In this document: piece after piece, positions 53,334 through 64,000 of the stretch
How positions within the stretch are numbered: position 1 is the first letter of the stretch
Layout: every line of letters starts with the position of its first letter
Source of the DNA: Calcarisporiella thermophila CBS 279.70
Lineage: Eukaryota > Fungi > Calcarisporiellomycota
Assembly: GCF_041956535.1 (NCBI RefSeq)
Contig: NW_027192202.1
Location: 521,474 to 585,473, forward strand
Direction of reading: 5' to 3'
DNA: 64,000 bases
The notes under the pieces: generated by a model
Told to the model about the DNA's origin: nothing
Database searches by the model: none
Seen by the model: only the letters and a program-made list of their open reading frames with translations
Made by a program: the position numbers and the translations under genes

Positions 53334-53463
53334 CTGCTGGCATCCACGATTATATCGTCCAATACTACCAGTCAGACATACGATAGAGAGGTTCCGTTAT
53401 CATGACATACATCCAAAGCTTTCTTTATAGATTCTATGTTGAGATGGAATTAGGGGGACATAC
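53334..53463 (+). ncRNA. Candidate H/ACA-like guide RNA
   Basis: Hairpins with internal pockets, three GACATAC motifs; last pocket 15 nt before ACA; no canonical H box directly before the last hairpin. Confidence 0.35.
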
Positions 53464-53696
53464 ACTAATATATATATTTGAAAGTGTTTGGAAGATTCCG
53501 TGCTATTCTTTCGTCAAATAAAAGAATTTAAGAAAAAGAGAGAGAAAATAATAACAATTTACAAGATTGTAGTTATAAAAATAAAAAGAATTGAGGAAAG
53601 AGTTCAATATCATCAGAAGATCATAAGACATAAATTATCCATATAAAAGAATATTTAAAAAGGGGGAAAATATATAAAGGCAACAACAGATTTGCG

Positions 53697-54243
53697 CTAC
53701 TCCCACGAGCTCTCCACCGTCTCCCGCACGCGCCTATTGTATTCTCTCCTATTCTCTCTGAAGAGTGTTGCAGCTTCCGCGTTCGCAGGACTATTTGGAT
53801 TTGGGTCATGCAGGAGACTTTGAATACTCGTCAAAATGGCAGCCACATCATAGGTTGGTGACCACCGATTCTGAAGGATGTCAAGGCACAATTCGCCGTT
53901 GGCATACACATTCGGGTGAAACATCTTGGATACAAACTTCACCTGCGGAGGCCGATTAGGATAGGTTTCATCGAATTGGAGTACTAGCTTGAAAGTACCG
54001 TCCTCGAATGGTGTATCCGCTAGAGATTAAAGATGATCAGTGATATACCATTAAAATGATTCGTAAGATTATTAAAGATGCTTGATTTTTCATATATTAA
54101 ATATATCCTATACCTGGTCCAAAAATAACTGCATTCCAGACCATGATGTTATCTGGACATGGAGCACCAGAAACACCAGCCGGAGGATCATTCTGTAAGC
54201 GCTTAAAGTCACGCATTAAACGGCGCCGCGTTGGTGTAGACAT
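53697..54243 (-). CDS. RAD6: Ubiquitin-conjugating enzyme E2 Rad6/Ubc2
   Basis: [28 protein letters not shown]..; [26 protein letters not shown]. Confidence 0.98.
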
Positions 54244-54469
54244 TTTTATCTTTACGTGAGCAGTGCTGAGATCTATTTGTTCTTAGAGAAGTCCTTTTAG
54301 GTAAAAAAAATTGAAATCGTTTTTGCAACATCACTATTGTAGCATAAGCCACTGTGACTGTTTAATATTGAACGTCAGCGTTTGTTTATTGTTGGTAAAG
54401 TTGAGAAGAGTGTAAAATAGGGTAGCTTTTTCCTTCTACAAAAACTCTCCCTTCTTTCCTATTTCTCAA

Positions 54470-56307
54470 ATGGTAAGTGCTCGATGTTATTTGGAAGTGA
54501 CAAATTTGCTCCATCATCGTCATGTTCTCTCGAGTCTTCGTGTCATGGAAAAATTAATTCATTTGCTTTCTGATGTCTAGGTAACGCACATACTTTTCGA
54601 GACCGCATCTGGCTACGCTCTCTTCGAGCGACTTCAATCAGAAGTCATTGGCTCTAAGATCGAGGAGGTACAACAGACTGTACTCGACTTGGCCAAATTC
54701 GGCAAAATGATCAAGTTGAAGTCTTTTGCTCCTTTTAAGAACGCCGCTCATGCACTGGAAAATGCGAATGATGTATCAGAAGGTAATGTGTGACAATGAA
54801 ATTCCATTTAGGTGACAGAACAAATATTAATAAGTTGTTCATACTACGCCTTTTATTTTAGGCGTTGTCAACCCCCACCTCAAATCTTTCCTTGAAATGA
54901 ATCTCCCGAAATCAGGCAAAAAATCCACCACTGTCCTTGGTGTATGTGAAAAGAATTTGGCTGGTACTATCAAGGCCGAATGTGGCATCGAGTGCGACGC
55001 GAGCGAGGTTGTCCTTGATCTTGTGCGTGGCCTCCGCCTACACGCTGACAAGCTTCTCCGCCAGTTCAAGGAGGGAGACTTAGAAAAGGCCCAGCTTGGT
55101 CTCGGACACAGCTATTCGCGTGCCAAAGTCAAGTTTAACGTGAACCGTGCAGATAACATGATCATCCAGGCGATCTCGCTCTTAGATCAATTGGATAAAG
55201 ACATCAATACGTTCTCAATGCGTGTTAGGTAAATTGGAAGCAGCAAATGATCCATTTGTAGCAGCTTCAGCTAATACTTTTGTTATCGCTTTAGGGAATG
55301 GTATTCATGGCACTTCCCTGAACTTTCCAAGATTGTCAACGACAACTATCTCTTCGCCAAACTCGCCAAATTTATCAAGAATAAGAGCAACCTCACGGAA
55401 GAACAGCTTGAAGGCCTTGAGGAAATCGTTAGCGACGAAGCGAAAGCGAAACAAATTCTTGATGCTGCTCGCGCATCAATGGGTACTGATATCTCGGACG
55501 TTGATATGGTGAACATCGAGATGTTCGCCGATCGCGTCATAAGTCTTGCGGATTACCGCAAACAGTTGCATGATTACCTTGTTAGCAAGATGAGCAATGT
55601 GGCCCCGAACCTTGCCGCACTTATCGGTGAGATGGTCGGTGCACGCCTAATCTCACACGCTGGCTCCCTCACAAATCTGAGCAAATATCCGGCATCTACT
55701 GTGCAAATTCTGGGTGCTGAGAAGGCTCTCTTCCGCGCTTTGAAGACCAAGGGCAACACACCCAAGTATGGTCTACTTTACCACTCGTCATTCATTGGTC
55801 GCGCCGGCACGAAGAATAAGGGCCGCATCTCGCGTTTCCTCGCGAATAAGTGCTCAATTGCATCCCGCATCGACTGTTTTGCCGAGCGGCCAACGACCAA
55901 GTTTGGTGATGCTCTCCGAAAACAAGTTGAAGAACGACTTGCCTTTTATGAGGAAGGTGCCACCCCTACTAAGAATGCGGATGTGATGAAGGCCGTAATA
56001 GATGCCTTGAAGGAAGAGGAGGGCGAAGAAGAGGTTGAGAGCATGGAGGTTGACACGCCAAAGAAACGAAAGGCTGAGGACGACGAAGCTGCAGAAGAGA
56101 AGGAGAAGGAGGAGAAGGAAAGCAAAAAGAAGAAGAAGGTAAGCAATAATTGCAATCTGCCATTTATAACCTGTACCGATAACGATCATTTCATAGGAGA
56201 AGAAAGAGAAGAAGCATAAAGATGACAGCGAAACACCCAAGAAAGAAAAGAAGAAAGAAAAGGAAGGAAAGACACCCAAGAGTGACAAGAAGAAGAAGAA
56301 ACATTAA
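54470..56307 (+). CDS. NOP56: Box C/D snoRNP protein Nop56
   Basis: ATG-only first coding exon; [61 protein letters not shown]-rich tail. Confidence 0.96.
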
Positions 56308-56604
56308 GAGGCAAATAGATTATTCTACTTTTTTAAAGACGGACACTTTCACCTTGGCACTGATGATAGAGCAATCTATGCTATGCTCTCGTTTTTTTTT
56401 TTAATACTTGAATGGAGAGATGACGACGGCTTTTTTTTTCACTTCATTGTGTTTGCTTATTCTTTTTTTTTTTTTTTGTTCATTTGTAACCTTTAGTTTT
56501 TTTTAAAAAAAATATACTTAAGATATAAAAATACTTATTTTTCTTATACAAATTGCAATATATAGAGAGAATAAGTCAAGGATAAAATTAACTTAACGGG
56601 TGTT

Positions 56605-57791
56605 TCACTCATCCCGGCTATGTCTGTAGAGAGCCTCCTGTGTAACTTGTATCTCGTCCAAATCTGGTACCAAACCGGCAAGCAATTCACTTGCCTCCTT
56701 GAAATAAGTCAGCTGCGCAGCAACAAAGTCGCCTAGATTCCGTAGAGGTTCAGGCGATTCAAGCGCTGCTCTCATGAGCGCGGTAGCCTCCTCCACTGCT
56801 ATAACGAACTGGTCCTCCGCTTGCTCAATTTCAAATTGTGCAACCTCAACTCTCTCGGGGCGTACATTGCGGTGCTTCGCGCGGACTGCATCCAGGTTAA
56901 GTCTTTGACTAAGCACTCGACGACGAGCCTTCATAGCGTTGGCAATTTGAGTGTTGAGAGTAGTGTTAAAGGGCTGGACAAATTTGGCTGTAATCTGGAA
57001 AAGAAAGGTGAGAAATTACAAGCACAAGAGAGAAATGGATTATGACCTTAATTTTACCTCCTCATCCATCCTAAGCCGTGCAGCCCCAATTTTTTCCTGG
57101 ACCGCCGCACACTTAAACAATGCAGCCCCGAGCGGCTCTTCTACTCCGATCTGCTCTGCGCCTTGAGTACATGAACGCGCGATCGCATGCGATAATGTCT
57201 TAGGGCCATGTCTCTCCGATGGAATCTCATTTGCATGTGCACCCTCATATTCGGCGCGTTCCGCAGGAGACATTGTTAACAGCTGGAGTCGCTCACCCAC
57301 GGAGTGCGACATCTCAACTAATGACTCCTGGAGCTGAGAAGGATAGTCGTAGCTTTGAGAAGTAAAAGTACGCGTCACTCGGAGAAGATTTTGGTGGACA
57401 TTGCGAAGGGCATCAAAGCGCTAAATTTGGAAAGTTAGCAGAGAGCCGTAGAAAAAGCATTAAAATAAGAAAATTACCCTTTCAAGCTCTCTATACTCAA
57501 GGGGTAGCTCGGTTACTTCTTCAGCTGTTCCCATCTTTTCTTGAGCGAACTAATAAAAGGAGAATATCTCTAAGTACAACCAGGCACAACGCGAGAGAAA
57601 TTCCAGCTCTATACCTGACGAACTTGTCCAAAACCGCGTTCAATCCGCTGTGCAAGTGGATTTAGTTTTTGGCCGAAATTTGCTAGTTGGTCCATAGTCG
57701 ACTGAATAAATTGATTGGGTGTAACGGGATCCGTCTGTCTGCGACGAGGTGTATTTACATTCGGGCCTATATGCTCTGCTGGATCTGCCAT
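56605..57791 (-). CDS. GVP36: BAR domain protein (Gvp36-like)
   Basis: GQVRQ/FAQEKMGTAEEVTELPLEYRELE, YDYPSQLQES, KTLSHAIARS, IEQAEDQFV..EEATALM, FVAAQLTYF. Confidence 0.85.
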
Positions 57792-58430
57792 ATCGCTATG
57801 ATTTAATTCGTTATTCAGCTAAATCTCGATTAATAGAAGATCTAATTGGATGAAAAGACAAAAAGGTTTACACGGAAGATTACTTAAGTTGAATACGCAA
57901 GATTCGGATACAATAGACCTAAGCCGTTAACTAGATGTGGTCGGGGATTATTTGCGGAAGGCATAAATCACGGGGCACCAGACAACAACTAACACGGTTG
58001 TAAATTTGATTGATCAAAATAAATAATAAATGCCATAATGGAGATTCCTTCAAAGTCAAGGTTGGGCCCTTAATCATGCTAATATTTGAAGATTGCACTC
58101 AGCAGGAGCTCTGTTCTTCACGATCTGGGCATTTTCGAGCGTTTCAAACAGAATTTTAATAAATTGATTATAGATATGCTGGGGAATTTAACTATGTTTA
58201 AGAATCTTATGAAACATTAGAGATGCAGGCACCTAAGTACTCTTGTGTTGTATATTGCACAGCCGAGCCGAAGCATGGCCGGCTACATGTATCGGAAATA
58301 GCGGCTTATTAGAGCTACATAATATGCCTTCAGAATCAACAAACAAAGAGGATAGCCATTCTCCGTGAGAAAAATGACTTTATAAAGTTCAATATCGAAA
58401 TGTATGGATATACTTTTTAAATGCGAGTAT

Positions 58431-59670
58431 TTAACGAGATCCTTGTCCTCTAGTGCGATACAGATCATTACGTGTAGGCCGATTCTGGCGAGAGGAAGAA
58501 TGACTTGATGATGAAGATGAGGATTCCTGAAGAATCCCATTCACAGTAGTCCGCTTCGACCCATCAGGTCCTTCTTCAATCACAGTCGTGTTGCCGTATT
58601 CATCAGTCATAGTAGTTACTGTAGTACGCTGTCCATTAATGATACGTGTCATCTTACTTGTAGAGGTGTAACCACCGCCATTTCCAAACCGCATTTGTCT
58701 GGAAGTTGAAGAAGAGCTTGAGGAACCTGGGAAATTCGAAGAGGCAAGCAACTGTTGCTGTTGCTGCTGGTATTGCTGATTGTGTGGGAGTCCACGACCG
58801 CTAGGGAAATATTGTTGCTGCATAAGAGACGGGCGACCGCCGAAAAATGAACGTTCAAAGAAAGGGTCGTTGAAAAATGGGTCATTAAAAAATGGGTCAT
58901 TAAAGAAGGGATCATGCGAAAACATAGAACGAGAAGGAAATGCTCCCATTCCTTGCATATGGCCAAATGGAGAGCGATCGAAGAAGGAACCAAACGACCA
59001 AAAATCTTGGCCAAACACTTGCTTGAATAATTCTTCAGGAGATTGAAACTACACCAAGGAGTAGTGAGTAACCATTAATAGTTCGAAATGTTTATCGCAT
59101 ATTCTCACCTCAAAAAAGAATGGCATATGTTCATGCCTTGGCTGACGACTTTGATAGTTAGCGGTGGAAGAAGAAGAATGTTCCTCAGTTAATTCATCGC
59201 CATAAATATCATAAAGTTGGCGTTTTTCTGGATCCGATAGAACTTCATACGCATGACTATTATTCATTTGAAAAATCAAAGTAAGATCAAGTTAGAATAC
59301 GAATCTAAGAGTATAATTTAAGACTATGTTATCGCGCTTACCTTATTTCCTTGAACTGTATGATTAAATAAATTTTGGTAAAATCATGTGAGTTTTAATC
59401 AATCATAATTGCTCCATAAATTTTGATTCTTTAGATAATTGTACACTATTACCTTTTCGGCTGCTTCAGGTTCTTTGTTCTTGTCAGGGTGCCATCGGAG
59501 CGCTTGACGTCTGTATGCCTTCCGAATGTCCTAAAAAATTACACCCGAGATTAAGTTGATTACCAAAAATAAGCCAAAAAGAATAAAATATGGAAGAATG
59601 GGCCACTATTTACCTCAGTAGATGCATTGATATCTAACCCTAGTACCTCGTAAAAGCTATACGAGACCAT
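58431..59670 (-). CDS. Class B J-domain protein, DNAJB6/8-like
   Basis: YEVLG..DIRKAYRRQALRWHPDKN..FKEIS/HAYEVLSDPEKRQLYD; G/F-rich region; C-terminal TSTSKMTRIINGQRTT..VIEE..TTVNG. Confidence 0.88.
58857..58913 (-). repeat. 15-bp coding tandem repeat (DPFFN x3 + DPFF)
   Basis: HDPFFNDPFFNDPFFNDPFFE in the J protein. Confidence 0.85.
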
Positions 59671-60436
59671 TTTTTGCGATTAAACCATACTATCTTTAAA
59701 AAATATAATTAAGAATTTCAAAGAAAATTGTAGGTTAATAACCAAAGCAGTCATGTAAACGTCACAACCTGAAGACTAAGACTATTCCACTATCTTGGTT
59801 AAAATATCAACCCACCTTTAGTTCTTAATCTACAACCTTAATAAGAAGTTTGGATTCGTCAATCAGCTCGACATGGTCATAAGATAGGTTTATAAAACGT
59901 CCTATCCTTGTCAATAATTATAATTAGTATGAAAGTTTCTTCGATTGTACTCACGCGCAAGAAGCTTTGTAAACTACCACCAGCTTCGCATCCTATAGTC
60001 CCATGACCCAAACCATTTAGCCGCTGCGTTTTATTTTTCATCAGGATGGTTTACCAATAATACATGGTCATCTTTCTGATATTTCGAGTTTGTTTTTTCA
60101 ATATCAACTTGGTGGTATATCACTTGTGCTGTTTTCTAAAGTCTCACACCGAATTTCTATAAAAGAACCCCTTATTCTCCCTAGACTTTTATTCACAATA
60201 GTGCGAAATCAATACTGGTATATATGTATGCAACCCAAAATATCATCTTAATTGAGAGATCGATTTACAATTTCGGGTTGAATATCCTCGATTTCAAATG
60301 CAGTAAGATGACCGAGAGCTTTTCCGAGGAATAATTTTCCTACAAAATAGAGACTTATTATTTGGCGGCAAAAATTGAAGCCCATAAAAAGGAGAGAGAT
60401 ACCGCCTTATCTTATTATTATTCGAAATATCACGGA

Positions 60437-62341
60437 ATGGCAATCCCCTTCTTCGACAGGCTCACTTTTAGAGACTACCAGGTATTATTTGTATCCTCCT
60501 TGTTTTTATCGCATGCACTAATCCCTGTGCATACAGTCACTTGTAGCAGCCTCATTTTTCCTATTACTCGAAGGTATACTTCGAGTCATCGTGACGCTTC
60601 TCCCTCAGTTCATTATCCAGTTTTTTGACAGCATTCTCAAGAGGTTGATTTCATACCAATCCAAAATGCTTTTATTTTGATATTGCTCATGCTGGTTGGC
60701 ACAATAGTCTGTTTCCATGGCTGTTCCGCCCCTATCAAAGTGGGAAGACAAAGAAGTTTGAGGAGATAGGAGATTTCGTAGAGATTGTCAGCTCTTGGTA
60801 TTATATAATGGCATAGAGCAATCTTGATGCTATTTCATTTTGTTATTATGGTATAGGGGATATCCGGTCGAGAGCCACCTAGTCACAACTCGAGACCACT
60901 ATGTCATCAGTCTCTTTCGCGTACAGAGTAAAAGTGGTTCTACGCCCAGAGCTGGGAGACCAGCTGTGCTCATCTTCCATGGGTTTTTCATGAACTGCGA
61001 AGTATGGGTTACACTGCTGAACGAGAAACATAATTTGCCGATCATATTGGCAGATGCAGGGTAAACTACTTTAAGGCGCAATACAAATTAGAGCAAAATA
61101 ACATTAATGAGAGTTTTGTAGTTTCGATGTTTGGGTAGGGAATTTAAGAGGAAACAAGTATGGACTGAAGCACCTCTACAAGAAGCCAAGCTCTCAATCT
61201 TTTTGGGAGTATTCTTTGGATGAGTTAGCTCTTTACGATCTACCTGATACGATCGATGTGAGTTGTAAGTGTTTATTACTACCGGCTAGTTTTGACTAAT
61301 TTTCAACTTTTCAGCATATTTTGAGAGTGACTGGGCAGAAATCTCTTTCGTACATTGGTTTCTCCCAAGGCACTGCCATGGCATTTGCTGCTCTTTCCAT
61401 TAATCCATTACTTAATGAGCAGATTAACCTATTTGTAGCCCTTGCTCCAGCAACGGTAAATACAGATGCGTCTATGTACAGGTGTTACGCGTTGAAATAA
61501 TTGATAGATTTTTGATCAATATTAGACGCCTCCAGGGTTAGATAACTCTTGGATCGATGCTGTCGTGAAGGCTACGCCTAACATCACCTATCTTTTTCTT
61601 GGCCGCAAGCGAGCACTTTCTGCCGCACTTTTCTGGCAGCGTGTTCTGCCGCCACAGCTTTTCATGCGCTTAATCGACGTATCCTGTAACTTCCTGTTTG
61701 GATGGACGGGACGTAACATTAAGCCTGCACAAAAGGTAGTATCATATCAGCATTTATATAGCTTTACCAGTGTGCAAGCGGTGGTTGTAAGTGTGATTCT
61801 TTGGGATTTAAGTATACGTGCCAATGGTAAACCACATATTCTATGTTTAGCACTGGTTTCAGATCATTCGCTGCGGCCGTTTTCAAGTATGTTCTTATGC
61901 GAGTGTTCAATCTTGCCATTCTTATTGACCATGACTCTTTGTTAAGATGTTCGACGACCTGCCATGTCGGCTTCCCTACTACAGAGCGGCAGATGGAAAC
62001 TCTCCACATCGATTTCCTACTAGCCAGGCAAAATAAATACATGCATTAACTTGCTCTTTTATCTTGGCATTAATCATAAGCCATAATTATAGATCCGCAC
62101 TCCGATAGCTATATATTATGGGGACAGTGATAGCCTTGTCAATATCGAAGACCTCCTCAAGAATATCCCAAGGCCTATCAAAATCCAGAAAAAGGCTGGA
62201 TGGGAGCACCTTGACTTTTTATGGGCTGATGGCATAGAAAACGTTTATTATGACGTTTTGGAACTGGTGAAGGGGTTCATTCAAGAAAAAGAATTGCGAG
62301 AAAAGCTCAACCCTGATAACACGCTTGAAAATAATAACTAG
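60437..62341 (+). CDS. AB-hydrolase lipase / sterol esterase (Tgl1/Yeh1-like)
   Basis: MAIPFFDRLTFRDYQ membrane anchor, GYPVESHLVTTRDHY, HGF, G/FDVWVGNLRGNKY, nucleophile YIGFSQG, D and HLDFLW triad residues. Confidence 0.92.
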
Positions 62342-62667
62342 CTTTCGTCTTAAAATGAGGAAATGTAACTTGGCAGCCCATGGACAAGGCATCGTATCTT
62401 AGACATTTTACCTTGTTTAAGTCATTGTATCTATACTTGTGACACACACCTGTGAAATAAATAGCTTGTGAAATATAGAGCTTTGACACTTGGTTAAGAT
62501 GAATGCAGGAATTGATATTTCTTTCCGTCGCCTAATTGCAAAAAGGAGATAATTTATTTTTTATTTTGAAGCGCGAGTTAGGAGATGCTAGAGAGGGGTG
62601 TACACCCAGTCGCCCATCTATTAAATATATCAACTAACATGTAGTTTTTATGAAAACATGCTTTTTA

Positions 62668-63263
62668 TCATTCTACTTTCTCCACTTTCTCTTGCACCCG
62701 ATTAGCACGGGTATAACTGACTGCAGCCAGAATCAGAGGGATAACCAAATAGGGTGTATAGAATGAAAGGAGGACCGCTATCTCTTTGAAGAGCAGATTA
62801 TGAGCTGGATTAAACACCACCTCAAAAAGAACCGGGATGACTGTTGTGCTTGTATGAGTGCCATAAACCAGCAAAGGAAGATGACGCTTCGGGTAATCTA
62901 ATAAAAATATGGTAATAGGTTGAGCGGAGAATAGTTCCCATAGATGTAAAAGCATAGACTACCTGTCCAAATTGCCCAAGTGGCCCAAAAGAAAAATGGA
63001 AGTTGATAGATGGCCTCGCAGTACAAGAAACTGAGGAACCAATAAAACCCTCCCTCAGCTACGCCAGACATGAAAGGATCACGGAAAGTCTTAATGTACC
63101 AGAGTGACAATTCTTTTAACGCAGAAGGAACAAGATGAGGAGGATATAAGGCCTGAAGATCCATAATCATTGTAATAGGGATATGAGAAACAAAATAAAT
63201 TAGAAAAAGTTTATCAAGATACGCAAAGAATAATGCGCGTTTGTTGTGCGTGCATGCCGACAT
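62668..63263 (-). CDS. EXPERA-domain membrane protein (TMEM97 / Ema19-like)
   Basis: YFVSHIPITMIMDLQALYP, YIKTFRDPFM, WFLSFLYCEAIYQLPFF, LVYGTHTSTT, YTPYLVIPL; ER-retention-like C-terminus KVEKVE. Confidence 0.9.
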
Positions 63264-64000
63264 TTTAACGGGAATCAAATACAGTAAGAGTGGATAAACT
63301 CGTCGAGGTTGATTGAAAGTATTCAAGTAGCCGAGCCACATTTATTGGATCTTTGTTATGAACGCGCAAATTGAAAACAATTTTGGCAGCTGCATCCATG
63401 CATTTAGAGTATTTCAAGACTCCATGTTTCTTATGCAATCATTGCAAGAGAAGAGTGCCCATGGATCAACCTTACGCGCATTCGATTGCAGATGGTGAGC
63501 ATGTGCTCAACCGACCCAACTGAACAAAACCCAGTTGAGAATCTAGAGCAGGGTGCTCTGGTAGTCAGGGAGCAGGAGCTTTCCATTAGTGCGTCCCTTT
63601 AGAATACGAGTGACGTATCTGCCCCAGGCATTCACTTTCAAGCCTAGGTTTTTTGGAAGGGTTCAAGTCTACCTAGTAACTAAACTCTCTGTTGGGATAG
63701 CAAGGGTGAGGGTATGATTCTGGACCATCGGAAACTTTCATCACTTATGACAAATTATCATATGCAATAAAAATTTCCGGGATTGTCACCTCAATAAAAG
63801 GAGAGACGTAACGACGGTTTTGAGGAGACTAATATATGAAAGTCAAAAAGAAGTAGTGGTCCTAAGGAATTGTATTATACATTAAAATTAGCGAAAGGTT
63901 AGACTAGATAGGTTTAGTATTCCAATTTCGCGGAACATATAATCAATAAACAAATTCATTAAAGCTAATCGATATTCAAAAAAAAATTTTTTTTCCCCGA

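Noticed and set aside
47214-56307. NOPCHAP1-like gene near NOP56
   Set aside because: Three unrelated genes intervene; proximity alone is weak evidence
63400-63750. Moderately GC-rich stretch with GAAAGTTTCCG on the minus strand and tiny ORFs
   Set aside because: RNase MRP motif order is not satisfied; ORFs are under 35 aa with no recognisable homology

Overview
Gene-dense, intron-rich eukaryotic DNA with short introns (mostly about 55-110 nt). It is most consistent with an early-diverging (Mucoromycota-like) fungus; this is inferred from fungal-type genes plus CstF-50, exportin-7 and a DNAJB6-like J protein, which budding yeast lacks. About 29 protein-coding genes were reconstructed by hand from splice signals: RPL34, FHIP/FAM160, a CLA4-like PAK, MHF1/CENP-S, an orphan P/Q-rich protein, HemW/RSAD1, MBF1, RPL10, a Med29-like protein, PAB1, MSF1, taxilin, a Nudix hydrolase, a GBD/FH3-only protein, a CE4 deacetylase, RPC25, SSE1, XPO7, two tandem Chs4/Skt5-like Sel1 proteins, an OSBP, NOPCHAP1, CSTF1, a WDR44-like protein, RAD6, NOP56, GVP36, a J protein, a Tgl1-like lipase and a TMEM97/EXPERA protein. 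Three signals stand out. (1) A ~345-nt nested-helix region between PAB1 and MSF1, whose non-Watson-Crick pairs are G-U on the + strand, suggests an unannotated structured RNA. (2) An intronless, Bacillota-like Nudix gene lies in an AT-rich island bracketed by a perfect 14-bp inverted repeat, a candidate horizontally acquired cassette. (3) A hairpin cluster with three GACATAC motifs looks H/ACA-like and has a pocket complementary to a conserved LSU rRNA segment. All identities come from motif recognition, not database searches.
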